Shown piece by piece: positions 18,503 to 29,581 of a stretch of 64,000 nt of DNA. How positions within the stretch are numbered: the stretch's first letter is position 1; the number at the start of each line of letters is the position of its first letter. The translations under genes were made by a program, and so were the position numbers. The notes under the pieces are model-generated. The model made no database searches and had not been told where the DNA came from. It saw only the letters and a program-made list of their open reading frames with translations. The stretch is from Candidatus Latescibacterota bacterium (GTDB taxonomy: Bacteria > Latescibacterota > UBA2968 > UBA8231), in NCBI GenBank assembly GCA_965221775.1, contig CBDCSU010000006.1:352001-416000 (forward strand), given 5' to 3'.

Positions 18503-18963
18503 CGGCGCACCAGGTCCTCGTACTCCTCGAAGAGCTCCACGGTGATGCCGTCGGGGTCGAGGGCGTAGAAGGCACGGGCCACCACATAGCCGCCGCGCTC
18601 GACGTCGACGGGGGGGCTCGTCGTCGAGTACCCCGCCGCGATCAGAGCCTCGTACAGGGCGTCGATGCCCTCGACCTCGAAGGCCACGTGGGAGGAGCCG
18701 ACGAAGGGGTTGGCCAGGGGCCGCACCTGCCCCGGCGGGTTGACGTACTCGAACAGTTCCAGCAGGAACTCGTTCACCGGGTGGCGCAGTAGGGCGACGT
18801 CGAGGGCGATGTCGTCGTAGCCGATCATGCGGTCGTACGACGGCAGGTTGCGGCGCTCGGAGACGCGCAGCAGCTCCAGGCCGAGGAGATCCCGGTAGAA
18901 CGGGATGGAGCGCTCCAGGCTGGAGACGGTGAAACCGTGGTGATGGCAGGCCTTCAGGGTCAT
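18499..18963 (-). CDS. VOC/glyoxalase family protein
   Basis: HHGFTVSSLERSIPFYRDLLG, LELFEY, HVAFEV, DPDGITVEL. Confidence 0.9.
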   Translation of the reverse strand: MTLKACHHHGFTVSSLERSIPFYRDLLGLELLRVSERRNLPSYDRMIGYDDIALDVALLRHPVNEFLLELFEYVNPPGQVRPLANPFVGSSHVAFEVEGIDALYEALIAAGYSTTSPPVDVERGGYVVARAFYALDPDGITVELFEEYEDLVRR

Positions 18964-19979
18964 ATGGGGGGCAGCTCCGGGACCGCCTCGGCGGCGCCGC
19001 TGGCCTGGGCCCGCCGCGCCGTCTCGGCGATGGCCACGGCCTCCACGGCATCGCGCAGGATCGGCGGCGAGGCGTTGGCGCGCACCATTCCGCGCACCTT
19101 GCGCAGGATGTCGGCAGCGCCGAAGGGGAAGTCGAAGTCGCTCATGGGCGGCGAGTGCACGGCGCCGCCGGGGCCGTAGGCGCTGGCGTGGAAGGCGCAG
19201 TGCCAGGGGGTGCCCACGTCGCAGCTCACGGTGACGCCCCGGGCGGGCCGGTCCGGGCGGTCCCCGTAGTCGAGGTGGAAGGTGTGCAGCTCGGTCTCGC
19301 CCATGCAGCGCACCACCTTGACGCCGCCGCCGAAGAGCAGCTGCGCGAGGCTGACGGCGTGGATGTGTCCGGCCAGGCTCGTGCCGCCCCCCTGGATCGT
19401 GCCGAACTGAAGGGGCCCCACCTCCGGCAGGCGGCCTCGGAACCGCGCCGCCACCGGCAGCACCCGCAGGATCGAGATCGAGGACAGGGGCGCGGCGTGG
19501 CCCTCGGCCAGCTGCACGATCTTCAGGGCGTCCTCGGTGCTGAAGGCCAGGGGCTTGTCGACGAAGGTGGGCACGCCCTTGCGAAGCCCGGGGCGGGCCA
19601 GGGCCAGGTGGTCGCTGCCATCGCCGTTGCAGTCGGCCACGAAGACGAGGTCGACGTCGTCGCTGGCCTCCTCCGGGCTGTCGCAGACGCGGGGGCTGCC
19701 GTGGCAGACCGCGGCCAGGCACTCGGCCACGTCGCGGTCCTCGTCCCACACCCGGGCCAGGGAGAACCCGTCGACCCGCTCCACCGTCATCGCCGCGGGG
19801 TTGGCGTAGTTCGTGTAGAAGTAGAAGTGGGCGCCGCCCGTCTGCCACGAGTGGCGGCCGGAATCGCCCGGCGGCAGGGGCCGTTGCAGTCGCAGGGGAT
19901 CGTGGTCGGCGAAGAGCCCGGCGTAGTAGGCGCCGTGGGTGTCGCAGCGTATGAGGCCGACGCGGATCGGAGCGTCCAT
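18960..19979 (-). CDS. Gfo/Idh/MocA-family oxidoreductase
   Basis: IRVGLI...DTH, VDLVFV, PTFVDKP. Confidence 0.8.
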   Translation of the reverse strand: MDAPIRVGLIRCDTHGAYYAGLFADHDPLRLQRPLPPGDSGRHSWQTGGAHFYFYTNYANPAAMTVERVDGFSLARVWDEDRDVAECLAAVCHGSPRVCDSPEEASDDVDLVFVADCNGDGSDHLALARPGLRKGVPTFVDKPLAFSTEDALKIVQLAEGHAAPLSSISILRVLPVAARFRGRLPEVGPLQFGTIQGGGTSLAGHIHAVSLAQLLFGGGVKVVRCMGETELHTFHLDYGDRPDRPARGVTVSCDVGTPWHCAFHASAYGPGGAVHSPPMSDFDFPFGAADILRKVRGMVRANASPPILRDAVEAVAIAETARRAQASGAAEAVPELPPI

Positions 19980-20065
19980 GGGGCACAACCAAAGGCCGCT
20001 GTTCCGGCTCGGGCAAGGGGCCCGGCGGACCGCAAGGATGTCACGCAACCGCCGCTGGAGGGGTC

Positions 20066-21555
20066 ATGAGTGAGGGAGCCCGGATGACGGAGATCGACGA
20101 GGAGACGGCCTGGATCGAGGCGGCGCGCGGCGGCGACGATCTCGCCTTCGGCCGCCTCGTGGAACGCTACCAGGGCGCGGTCTTCGCCACGGCGGCGGCG
20201 GTGACGGGCGACCTCGACGCCGCCCACGACCTGGCCCAGGAGGTCTTCCTGAGGGCCTGGTACGGACTCGGCCGTCTCGACGAGGCGGCCTCCTTCGGGC
20301 CCTGGCTGCGCGCCATCGCCCGCAACCGGGGCCGCACCTGGCTCGAGCGGCGGCGGCGGCGGCCGGACAGGGAGGAGATCCGGATGGACGAGATCCCCGA
20401 CGGCCGGGGCTCACCGGCCGAGGAGCTGGAGCGCGCCGAGCGGCGCCGGATGGTGCGGGCGGCCATGGGCCGGCTGCCGGAGAGGAGCCGCGAGGTGCTG
20501 GTGCTGCACTACATGGAAGCTCTGCCGACGCCGCGGATGGCGGCCCAGCTCGGCCTGACCGAGGCCGCCGTGCGCCAGAGGCTGCGGCGCGCGCGCCTGC
20601 AGATGCAGAAGGAGGTGGAGGAGATGCTGGCGGAGACGATTCGGGCCGGGGCGCCCGGCGAGGAGTTCGGCGACGGCGTGGCCGAGCTGCTGCAGCGCAC
20701 CCGGGAACTGTTCCACGAGGTGCGCTACGGGGCCGCGGTGCCGGTCCTGGCGAGGGCCCGCGACCGCGCGCCTCGGGACGGCCTCGTGTCGATGCTGCTG
20801 GCCGAGGCCCATACCTTCACGCGCACCGCCGAGGACCTGGCCGAAGACCGCGCCGCGTACGACCGCGCCCTGGCCCTGCTCGACGAGGTGGTGGAGCGCG
20901 AGCCCGGGAACACCCTGGCCCGTCTGCGGCGCGCGGCCCTTCGCTCCGTCCTGGCCCCGGCCGAGGAGGTGATCCGCGAGCACGAGGAGATCCTCGCCGC
21001 TGCCCGCGGCGGTCCCTTCGAGCCCGTGGCGCGGCTCGAGCTGGGGCGCCGCCACCTGGCGCGCGGTCTCGCCGCGGAGGCCCTGGAGCACTACCGGGCC
21101 CTGGAGCCGGAGTACCCCTGGCTGGCCTGCGTCCTCCACTCGGAGATGGGGGTGGCCCGGGCCATGGGCGGCGACCCTCCGCGGCGATCGGCCACTTCGA
21201 GCGGGCCGTGGAGCTGACCACCCCCGAAGCGATGGCCGCCCTCCAGGACAGGTCGCGGCAGCTGATGGGCGAGGTCTACTGGAGCTTCTGGCGCAGCGTC
21301 GACAACCTGCCGGTGCGCCAGTCCCAGAACCACGCCTGGCTCGCCGGCCTGCGGGCCCGGGGCGGCTATCTCGATGCCGCCCGGCGGCACCTGCGCGCGG
21401 CGCTGGGCTTCCTGCGGCACGACGAGGTGGGACCGGCTCGGAGGGCGCTGAAGAGGGAGTTCGTGCACCGGATGGAGCAGATGTTCCCGGAGCTGGCCGC
21501 CGCGGAGGAAGTGCAGGCCCTGCGCCGGGAGATCGAGTCCGAGGAGCGGTCATGA
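20066..21555 (+). pseudogene. ECF sigma factor with C-terminal TPR extension, frameshifted near 21175-21180
   Basis: DLAQEVFLRAW and FGPWLRAIARN (region 2), region 4 HTH; TPR continues in another frame as ...GDP/SAAIGHFERAVELTT into ORF 21208-21555. Confidence 0.75.
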
Positions 21556-23096
21556 CGGCGACCGCAGGAACCGCGCCGGCGCGCCCCCGCGGGGCGGCCC
21601 CGTCTCCCGGCGTCGGACTGCCTCCCATCGAGGAGCACGCCCGCGGCCTCGGCTTCGAGGGGTTGCTGAACTACCGGCTCTGGTGTCACCGCTCGGGCTT
21701 CGGCAGCGGCCTGCACAAGGACCGCGCCGAGCGCGCCCGGGAGCGGGAAGCGGCGCGCCTGCGCCCGAGGGCGCCGCACCACACCGAGCGGCGCCGGGAG
21801 ATCATCGAGCGGCTGGTGACGCCGCGCCTCGACGCCGCGGGGTCCAGGCGCCTGGGAGCGCCGGTCTCGGCTGCGGGGATCGACCTCGACGCCGGGACGC
21901 TGCGGGCCCTGCGGGCCCTCCTGCTCCAGTACGACGGCTACGCCGACGTCCTGCACCGGCGCCGGATCAGCCGCTCCGGGCGCCACCCGCGGCTCGGGTG
22001 GGGGCTGGTGATGCTCGCCGCCCGGCACGCCGAGTGGTTGCGTCCCCCCGCCACGTGGGAGCCCGAGCCTCGCCACTGCCCCTCGAACCACGGCCCCCTC
22101 TTCCGCTCCCTGGCGCGCCATCTGCTGGCCCGCTACGAGGTGCCGCGGTTCATGGACTCGGCGTGGTTCGAGGTCGACCCGGAAGTCGGCCGGCGCCAGC
22201 AGGGCTGGTGGATCACGGTCGCCCAGGGCGGCAACATCCGCAGGGCCGACACGCCGGTCCGCCTGACGAAACGGATGGCCCACATCTTCCTGCAGGCCCC
22301 TAACAGCGCCGCGTTGATGACCAACCTGAGGTGGGCCCAGGTGATCGGCATGGGGGGCGACGAGCGGCTGGCCCGGGCCATCCTGCGCACCCGCCTCGGG
22401 CGCCGCTTCGAGAACGACGAGTTCTGGAGCTCGGTGGTGCTGTTCCTGGTGAACAACGCCATGATGGACCCGAGCTGGGCCGGTCCCGTCGTCGACTATG
22501 TCCACAACATGAAGTACGCGCCGCGCCGGATCGTGCGCGAAGGCGGGGGCGTGGAGGAAGGCCCCCCGCCGCAGCCCGGATTCACCATGAAGGGGCGCAG
22601 CGCCACCAAGCTGCTGCGCCAAGTCGAGGCCTGGCACGGCGACCTGAACCGGGAGCGCTACGTCCAGTTCCAGACCTGGCAGCCGAGCGGCATCCGCCCC
22701 TTCGAGCTGGAGGACGAGACCGAGGAGCTGGGCAAGGTCCGCTGGACCGTGCAGGAGCTGGTGTCGAGCTGGGAGCTGGCCGCCGAGGGCACGGCCCTGA
22801 ACCACTGCGTCGTCTCCTACTCCGATCAGTGCGCCGACGGCGAGACCTCGATCTGGTCGATCTGCGCCCGGCGCGACGGCGCCGAAGAGCGGGAGAACGT
22901 GCTCACCGTGGCCGTCGACCTGCACCAGCGCGCGGTGACCCAGGCCCGGGGCAAGTACAACGCCCTCCCCAACCGCCGGCCGAACAGCGCCCGCCTGCGC
23001 CGCGCCGCCCAGGCGGGATACCTCGACCTGCTGAGCCGGTCCGATCACGTGCTGCGGGTGTGGATCGACCGCGAGCGGCTGCGGCGCACTTCCTGA
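21552..23096 (+). CDS. PcfJ-like domain protein
   Basis: [50 protein letters not shown]; ATGA coupling to the upstream gene. Confidence 0.78.
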   Translation: MTATAGTAPARPRGAAPSPGVGLPPIEEHARGLGFEGLLNYRLWCHRSGFGSGLHKDRAERAREREAARLRPRAPHHTERRREIIERLVTPRLDAAGSRRLGAPVSAAGIDLDAGTLRALRALLLQYDGYADVLHRRRISRSGRHPRLGWGLVMLAARHAEWLRPPATWEPEPRHCPSNHGPLFRSLARHLLARYEVPRFMDSAWFEVDPEVGRRQQGWWITVAQGGNIRRADTPVRLTKRMAHIFLQAPNSAALMTNLRWAQVIGMGGDERLARAILRTRLGRRFENDEFWSSVVLFLVNNAMMDPSWAGPVVDYVHNMKYAPRRIVREGGGVEEGPPPQPGFTMKGRSATKLLRQVEAWHGDLNRERYVQFQTWQPSGIRPFELEDETEELGKVRWTVQELVSSWELAAEGTALNHCVVSYSDQCADGETSIWSICARRDGAEERENVLTVAVDLHQRAVTQARGKYNALPNRRPNSARLRRAAQAGYLDLLSRSDHVLRVWIDRERLRRTS

Positions 23097-23352
23097 CACG
23101 GCCCGCGGGCGGAGACGCTCTCCCGCGCCGCAGGCGCACCGTGCCCGGCTGCGCGCGCTCCGCCCGGACGGGATGCCCGCACCTCCTGGTCCGATGGCAT
23201 GCTGCCGACCCTGGATTGGCCGCGAGGACTGCGCCGCCTCTGCCGAGCCCGCCGACGCGCAACGGCGGCGCGTTGACACGGGCCTCCCCGGCGTCCCTAG
23301 TTCGGCCACCCGATCCCAGGTTGCGCGCAACCCTTCAGAAAAGGAACCAGCG

Positions 23353-24096
23353 ATGGCCGAGAAGGTGGCACTGATCACGGGCGGCGGCTCCGGCATCGGC
23401 AGGGCGTCGGCCCTCGCCCTGGCGGAGGAAGGCTACGCGGTGGTCCTGGCGGGGCGCCGGGCCGAGGTGCTGGAGGAGACCGCCTCCGAGGCCGCCGGCG
23501 AGGCCCTCGCCGTGCCCACGGACGTGAGCGATCCCGCCTCGATCCGGGACCTCTTCGCCCGCGCCAGGGAGACCTTCGGCCGCCTCGACCTGCTGTTCAA
23601 CAACGCCGGCATCGGCGCCCCCGCCGTGCCCCTGGAGGAGTTGAGCTACGAGCAGTGGACGGCGGTGGTCGACGTAAATCTCACGGGGGCCTTCGTATGC
23701 ACCCAGGAGGCCTTCCGCATCATGAAGGACCAGGATCCCCGCGGCGGCCGCATCATCAACAACGGCTCGGTCTCGGCCCACGTGCCGCGGCCGAACTCCG
23801 CTCCCTACACGGCCACCAAGCACGCCCTCACCGGCCTCACGCGCTCCACCTCCCTCGACGGCCGCCAGTACGGCATCGCCTGCGGTCAGATCGACATCGG
23901 AAACGCCGAAACCCGCATGACCGAGCGCATGCAGAGCGGGCTCCCCCAGGCCCACGGCCAGGACATGGTGGAGCCCCGGATGCACGTGGACAACGTGGCC
24001 CGGGCGATCGTCTACATGGCCAGCCTGCCCCTCGACGCCAACGTGCAGTTCATCACCGTCATGGCCACGACCATGCCCTACATCGGTCGCGGCTAG
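23353..24096 (+). CDS. SDR oxidoreductase
   Basis: [25 protein letters not shown]; RBS AAGGA. Confidence 0.92.
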   Translation: MAEKVALITGGGSGIGRASALALAEEGYAVVLAGRRAEVLEETASEAAGEALAVPTDVSDPASIRDLFARARETFGRLDLLFNNAGIGAPAVPLEELSYEQWTAVVDVNLTGAFVCTQEAFRIMKDQDPRGGRIINNGSVSAHVPRPNSAPYTATKHALTGLTRSTSLDGRQYGIACGQIDIGNAETRMTERMQSGLPQAHGQDMVEPRMHVDNVARAIVYMASLPLDANVQFITVMATTMPYIGRG

Positions 24097-24134
24097 GCGG
24101 CGTGACCGGGGCCGGACGGCTGCTCCGTCGCGAT

Positions 24135-25148
24135 CTACTCGGCGCCGGCGCCGGCGAGGTACCCGGCGACCTCCGAGTTCCCGAAGTGCCTCGCCCACCC
24201 CAGCGGGTTGGCGCCGTACTCCTCGTCCCTGGGCGACAGGGGGGCCCCGGCCTCCACCAGGCGCCGGGCGTTCTCCACCCGCCCTCCCCAGGCCGCGTAG
24301 TGCAGGGCCGTCACCCCCCGGGGCGCGGCGTCGACCCGGGCGCCGAGGGTCAGGAGCAGATTCACCATCTCCGGTTCCCCCCAGCGGGAGGCGACCATGA
24401 GCGGCGTGGCACCTGTTCGGCCGGCCACGGTGTACTCGTGGACGTGCCCGCCGGGGGCAGAGCCGTGCTCGGACAAGGCCTCCAGGGCCGCCGGGTCGCC
24501 CCCCACAAGTCCGCGCACCGCCGCGGCGTCACCGAGGGGGGTGTGCAGGAAGAGGTCGGCCGCGGCGCCGCGGCCGACAAGGAAGCGCGACACCTCCGGC
24601 CGGGCCAGGACATTCCACTGCGCCGCGGTGCCGTGGTGGTCCACGTCGCGGGCGTCGATCTCGGCGCCGTGATCGAGGAGGAAGGCGGCGATCTCCGGGT
24701 CGGCGGCGTAGTGCAGGGGCCGCAACCCGTCCCCGCCCGGCTGATGGACCACGGCGGGATCGGCGGCGACCAGCTCCCGCAGGCGCTCGAGACGGCCCAG
24801 GCCGGCGGCGGAGTGGGCGTCGACAGTGGCGCCGCGGTCGATGAGGAAGTCGGCGAGGCCATCGCGGTGCAGGTCGCGGGGATGCCCCGAGTTCAGGGCC
24901 GTGAAGCCGCCCGCCCACCAGCGGCTCTTCTGGTCGATGTCGGCCCCGAAGGAGAGCAGCAGGTCGATCATGCCGCGGTCCTTGCGGCCGGCGGCGAGGA
25001 TGACGGCGGAAGCGTCGAAGCTGCCGTCGTCGGTGGCGGAGGCCAGGGCCGGGTCGGCCTCCAGGCAGGCGCGGACGACCTCCTGGTCTCCGGACTTGAC
25101 GGCAGCGAAGAAAGACGCGGCATCGTGGGAGGCGGGGGACTCGGACAA
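24135..25148 (-). CDS. Ankyrin repeat protein
   Basis: PLHYAA, TPLMVAS, TALHYAA and GA(E/D)ID repeats. Confidence 0.88.
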   Translation of the reverse strand: MSESPASHDAASFFAAVKSGDQEVVRACLEADPALASATDDGSFDASAVILAAGRKDRGMIDLLLSFGADIDQKSRWWAGGFTALNSGHPRDLHRDGLADFLIDRGATVDAHSAAGLGRLERLRELVAADPAVVHQPGGDGLRPLHYAADPEIAAFLLDHGAEIDARDVDHHGTAAQWNVLARPEVSRFLVGRGAAADLFLHTPLGDAAAVRGLVGGDPAALEALSEHGSAPGGHVHEYTVAGRTGATPLMVASRWGEPEMVNLLLTLGARVDAAPRGVTALHYAAWGGRVENARRLVEAGAPLSPRDEEYGANPLGWARHFGNSEVAGYLAGAGAE

Positions 25149-25234
25149 GGCGCGAAAGCTCCTCTTGAGAGGTGACAGGGCGAGACGCCGGGGGGTAACT
25201 TAGGCCCCCTCATGGAGACGAGCGGAGGAGACGT

Positions 25235-26095
25235 ATGCGAATCTACCTGATGACCGATCTCGAAGGCGTGGCGGGCGTGCAGAACTCGCTCGACTGGACC
25301 CGCCCGGGGCAGTACTGGTACGACTTGGCCCGCCAGCTCCTGACCCGGGAGGTCAACGCCGCCCTCGACGGGTTCTTCGCCGCCGGCGCCGACGAGGTGC
25401 TGGTCGCCGACGGCCACGGGCCGAGCGCCGTGGACGTGCAGGACCTGGACCCGCGCGCCGAGTACATGCGCGGCTGGCCGGAGCTGTGGCCCCTCGGCCT
25501 GGAGGAGGGCGGCTACGACTACCTGGCCGTCGTCGGCCAGCACGCCAAGTCGCGGACCCCCCTCTCCAACATGACCCACACCCAGTCCTACCGCACCCTG
25601 GAGATCTCGGTCAACGGCACCGCCATCGGCGAGTTCGGCCAGATCGCCATGTGCGCCAGCGAGCTCGGGGTGCGCACCATCTACGCCGCCGGCGAGAAGG
25701 CCCTGGCCGAGGAGGCCGAGGCCCTCGTGCCCGGCATCGAGACGGTGTGGGTCAAGCGCGGGACGAGACCGGGCCGCGGCGACGAGTGCTCCGAGGACCA
25801 GTACCGGGCGCGCAATGTCAGCGCCATCCACTTCCATCCCGAGCGGGCCCGGGCCCTGATCCGCGCCGGCGCGGTCACCGCCGTTCACCGCGCCGAGAGC
25901 GACGACAGCTTCGGAATCATCGACCTCCAGCCCCCCTTCCGGGGGACCTTCGTGCAGCGGCCGTGGGCCGAGGAGCCGCGGCGGCTGTACACTCGGCGCG
26001 AGCACCCGGAGAGCGTGGCGGCGATGATGAACCAGTCCCAGGAGTGGCAGCCGGTGGCCGACGAGGACCACCTGCGCGAGCTGCTCGTCGACTGA
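25235..26095 (+). CDS. M55 (DppA-like) D-aminopeptidase
   Basis: TDLEGVAG, ADGHG, GQHA, THT, GEF metal-binding motifs. Confidence 0.88.
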   Translation: MRIYLMTDLEGVAGVQNSLDWTRPGQYWYDLARQLLTREVNAALDGFFAAGADEVLVADGHGPSAVDVQDLDPRAEYMRGWPELWPLGLEEGGYDYLAVVGQHAKSRTPLSNMTHTQSYRTLEISVNGTAIGEFGQIAMCASELGVRTIYAAGEKALAEEAEALVPGIETVWVKRGTRPGRGDECSEDQYRARNVSAIHFHPERARALIRAGAVTAVHRAESDDSFGIIDLQPPFRGTFVQRPWAEEPRRLYTRREHPESVAAMMNQSQEWQPVADEDHLRELLVD

Positions 26096-26120
26096 CACAC
26101 AAAGGGAGAGAGAGACGCAG

Positions 26121-26816
26121 ATGCGAGTACTGATCACCGGCTCCGCCGGAGCCATCGGATCGACCCTCGTCGAGGGCCTGAAGGATCGTCACGAGGTGCG
26201 CGGCTTCGACCGCGAGCCCACCCCCGGCATCGAGGACTACGTCGTCGGCGACATCGTCGACGAGGAGAAGGTGAGGGGTGCCGCCGCCGGCATGGACGCC
26301 ATCATCCACCTGGTCAACGTGCCCGGAGGGGAGTGGGAGCACTCCCTGCAGAACATGATCGGCACCTACAACGTGCTCGAGGCGGCCCGTGAGCACGGCG
26401 CCAGGCGCGTCGTCTACTCCAGCCGCGCCGGCGTCCTGCCCCAGTCGTACTACCCGCGCTCCATTCAGCGCACCGTCCACATGCCCACGCGGCCCGAGAG
26501 CTACTACTCGGTGACCAAGGTCTTCGCCGAGGCCATCGGTTACATGTACACCGCCCGCCACGACCTCGAGTTCGTCGCCGTGCGCATCGGCAACTTCAAC
26601 CGCGACCGTCCCCACCCGGAGCACCCCCACCAGCTCGGCCACGCCGACTGCGTGCGCCTCTTCGAGCAGGCCATCACCCATCCCGACGTCGGCTTCGAAA
26701 TCGTCTTCGGCGTCTCCGACAGCGACTGGCCCCTGTACGACCTCGACCACGGCCGGCGGGCGATCGGCTACGACCCCCAGGACCGGTCGGAGGTCCCCGA
26801 GGACAAGCGCGTCTGA
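26121..26816 (+). CDS. NAD-dependent epimerase/uronate dehydrogenase-like
   Basis: TGSAGAIG, YSVTK, VRIG, IGYDPQD. Confidence 0.85.
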   Translation: MRVLITGSAGAIGSTLVEGLKDRHEVRGFDREPTPGIEDYVVGDIVDEEKVRGAAAGMDAIIHLVNVPGGEWEHSLQNMIGTYNVLEAAREHGARRVVYSSRAGVLPQSYYPRSIQRTVHMPTRPESYYSVTKVFAEAIGYMYTARHDLEFVAVRIGNFNRDRPHPEHPHQLGHADCVRLFEQAITHPDVGFEIVFGVSDSDWPLYDLDHGRRAIGYDPQDRSEVPEDKRV

Positions 26817-26870
26817 GTCGGAGCCCCGGATCGTCGGCGCGGCGCCTCCTGGCCGGCCGGCGAGTCTACT

Positions 26871-27845
26871 TCAGCGCCGCTCCACCATGCCGGTGCTCGG
26901 CGCCCCGTCGCTCCCGTCCATCGCTCGCTGCACGCGGTCGATGATCTCCATCACCGGCAGCACCTCCGAGCAGCTGGTCAGGGCCTTGCGGCCCTCGCGG
27001 ATGGCGGCGAAGAACTCGCCGTCCTGGGCGTCCACGCCGGAGGGTCCGTCCGGCAGGGTCACCTCGTTGCGCTGGTGATCCCACAGGCCCTGGCCATCGG
27101 TGAGCCAGGTCTCCTCCTCGCCGATGAGCCGCCAGTCCCCCTGGATCGGGCCGTGGTTGTTGAAGGACTGGGCGGCGCTCACCAGGCAGCCGTTGGCGGC
27201 GCCCAGGGAGATGCAGATGTCCATGGGCACTCCCAGACTCTCGTGCACCGGACCGCTGCGCCCCCACGCCTCCATGTGGGGGTCGCCGAGGAGCCAGTAG
27301 ACCATGTCGATCATGTGGCAGGCCTGGTGCCACAGCAGGTCGTCGGTCCAGATGCGCCGCTGGCCGAAGCGGTTCTCGTTGACGCGGCGGAAGAACCAGG
27401 TGTGCTGCACGATGTGGTGCAGGTGCAGGTCGCCGGCCTCGATCATCTCGTGGAGCCGGCGGAAGGCGGGGCTGAAGCGCTGGGTGTGGCACATCATGGC
27501 CACCTTCCCCGACCGCTCCTCGGCTTCCACCACGCGCCGCGATTCCGCCAGTGACAGCCCCATGGGCAACTCGAGGAGCACGTGCCTGCCGCGCTCGAGG
27601 GCGGTTACCGTCTGCTCGCAGTGGACCTGGTTGGGACTGGTGATGACCACGGCCTCCACCCCGGGCCGGTCGATGCACTCTTCGTAGTCGGTGGAGACGT
27701 GGGGGATGCCGTGCTTCCGGGCAAACACCTCGGCGTCGGCCTCGATGCCTCCCGCCAGGCTGACCACCTCCACGTCCTCCCTCTTCCCCAGCGCTTCCAT
27801 GTGGGTCACGCCCTGGGCGCCCTCCCCCACCAGACAGACTTTCAT
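26871..27845 (-). CDS. Gfo/Idh/MocA oxidoreductase (LigC-like)
   Basis: GEGAQG, ELPMG, HTQRF, WTDDLLWHQACH. Confidence 0.85.
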   Translation of the reverse strand: MKVCLVGEGAQGVTHMEALGKREDVEVVSLAGGIEADAEVFARKHGIPHVSTDYEECIDRPGVEAVVITSPNQVHCEQTVTALERGRHVLLELPMGLSLAESRRVVEAEERSGKVAMMCHTQRFSPAFRRLHEMIEAGDLHLHHIVQHTWFFRRVNENRFGQRRIWTDDLLWHQACHMIDMVYWLLGDPHMEAWGRSGPVHESLGVPMDICISLGAANGCLVSAAQSFNNHGPIQGDWRLIGEEETWLTDGQGLWDHQRNEVTLPDGPSGVDAQDGEFFAAIREGRKALTSCSEVLPVMEIIDRVQRAMDGSDGAPSTGMVERR

Positions 27846-29110
27846 CCTCGTCTCCTTTCGTGGTTCGAAATGGTCCCGGCCGCCGCCTTCAGGTCGTCGT
27901 GCTCGAAGGCGCTGGACATTCGCTCCATCTCATGCGGCGCAAGGCCGAGGTGAGCCGCGGCCTCTCGCCAGCCTCGGACCGCTTCGCCCACCTTGGCGGC
28001 GATGGCGCCCGCGGCCTGTGTGGTCATGCCGAACATGGGCGCCACCTCCATGGCGGTGTCGAGGGACGCCGCGCCGTCGGTCTCGTCGATGGCAAGGGCA
28101 TGGATGCGCGGCTTCACGTCGACAGGCACCGGGTTGAGATCGTACGCCGGTGACAGCCGCCAGCCGCCCTGCTCCCGCAGAAAACCGTGGTTGCGCAGAT
28201 GGTCGTCGGTATTGGAGACCAACATGTTGAAAACGATCCGCCGCCAGAGCTGACACAGGTCCTCCTTCACCTCGAGCCCCTCGCGCCTCAGGAACTCGGC
28301 GATCTCCAGGTAGCTTCGCATCTCGCCATCCGACCCTTCGATGGCGGTGAGGGCCGACATGAAGGGGATGCGCCGGCCCGGCCCGCGGTCGAAGCGGCGG
28401 GCCGTGAAAACGGGGCTGCTCGATACCTGCCGAAGCTGGAACGGCGCCACCCGGACCCCGGCGGCCTCGGCCAGAGCCATGGTGGCGGCCTCCCATCGCG
28501 TCACCGGCCAGTCGTCGTCGCGGCGGGGAAACTTGGCGATCAGCAGATCTCCGTCCCGGCCGCGGACCGTGGCCTTGGGACGGGCACCGCCGAGGGAGGT
28601 TCCGGGGGCCAGGAGCATTCGCAGGTCGTCGTCGGTCTCGTTGGCATCGATGACGCGGGCGGTGGCGGACAGCAGCCGCGGCAGATCGACGACCGGGGGC
28701 ACCGGCCGGCCGGTCGAGGTGAGGAACGCACCATCCTCCGCCTCCCTGAACCGAAGGGCGCCGAGGCGCGTCTCGTCGTCCACGAGGGTGAGGAAGTCGA
28801 CATCCAGCAGCGTCCTCGGCTGGCGCCCTTCCGCCGAGGCCCTCCGCAGCTCGTTGCGGCGAATTAGGGTCTGCCCCCAGCGGTCCGGGGCGGGGTCGGT
28901 GAAGGCACTGAACAGGGGCCGGTCGGTGTGGAACGGCCCGGGCCCCGCGGGGAGCACCGGGTCGAGACCGAAGGCGTCCCGGCGCTCCAGCCACGAGCGG
29001 TCGTACTCGAAGGAGGCTGTCTGCCGGGCCCCTCGCGTCCGGGCCCACAGGGTGCCGACGGAGACGGTCTCACCGCCCCTGTCCATGTATACGAGGATCT
29101 CACGTTCCAT
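27842..29110 (-). CDS. hipA: HipA-family kinase toxin
   Basis: PDRWG, GTSLGGARPKA, IAKFP, NTDDHLRNHGF, LSPAYD. Confidence 0.93.
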   Translation of the reverse strand: MEREILVYMDRGGETVSVGTLWARTRGARQTASFEYDRSWLERRDAFGLDPVLPAGPGPFHTDRPLFSAFTDPAPDRWGQTLIRRNELRRASAEGRQPRTLLDVDFLTLVDDETRLGALRFREAEDGAFLTSTGRPVPPVVDLPRLLSATARVIDANETDDDLRMLLAPGTSLGGARPKATVRGRDGDLLIAKFPRRDDDWPVTRWEAATMALAEAAGVRVAPFQLRQVSSSPVFTARRFDRGPGRRIPFMSALTAIEGSDGEMRSYLEIAEFLRREGLEVKEDLCQLWRRIVFNMLVSNTDDHLRNHGFLREQGGWRLSPAYDLNPVPVDVKPRIHALAIDETDGAASLDTAMEVAPMFGMTTQAAGAIAAKVGEAVRGWREAAAHLGLAPHEMERMSSAFEHDDLKAAAGTISNHERRRG

Positions 29111-29450
29111 GGCCGCCGTCCGACGGAGCCTCCCGTGCCGTACGGATGCGCCGCGGCAGCCGCTCCTCCTCGAGGCTCAGCCCCACCGGGTCCCGAGCCG
29201 CGTCCGCCAGGTCTCCCAGCCGGTCCGCCATACCGAGGACGAAGAGGACCGAGGCGTAGATGCCCATCGACACGCCCGGGTCCCCTTTCTCCACCCGCGC
29301 CAGGGTGGTGCGGCTGATGAAGGCGCGCCCCGCCATGAGCGCCACGGGGATCCGGCGGCGGCGCCGGGCCGCGGAGACATCCATGCCCAGTTTCTGCAGG
29401 GCCCGCCGCACGCCGGGGGGCAGCGCCTGTCGGGATCGGGAGGACTTCAT
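29100..29450 (-). CDS. HipB-like XRE HTH antitoxin
   Basis: ARRRRRI..MAGRAFISRTTLARVEKGDPGVSMG; overlaps the hipA start. Confidence 0.88.
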   Translation of the reverse strand: MKSSRSRQALPPGVRRALQKLGMDVSAARRRRRIPVALMAGRAFISRTTLARVEKGDPGVSMGIYASVLFVLGMADRLGDLADAARDPVGLSLEEERLPRRIRTAREAPSDGGHGT

Positions 29451-29485
29451 GAACAGGAAAGAAGGCGTTAGAGGTCGAAAGGGCC

Positions 29486-29514
29486 AATTTATGATTCTTT
29501 ACGGTCTCAGCCAA
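29486..29514 (-). promoter_or_regulatory. Putative promoter of the hipBA pair
   Basis: TTGGCT-N17-TAAATT on the minus strand in an AT-rich spacer. Confidence 0.5.
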
Positions 29515-29581
29515 GAAGCTCCTTGGAGCCTGGCTCGGGGGCTGTGACGACAGGGCCTGCGGCTGCGAGGTTAGCTCCAGA

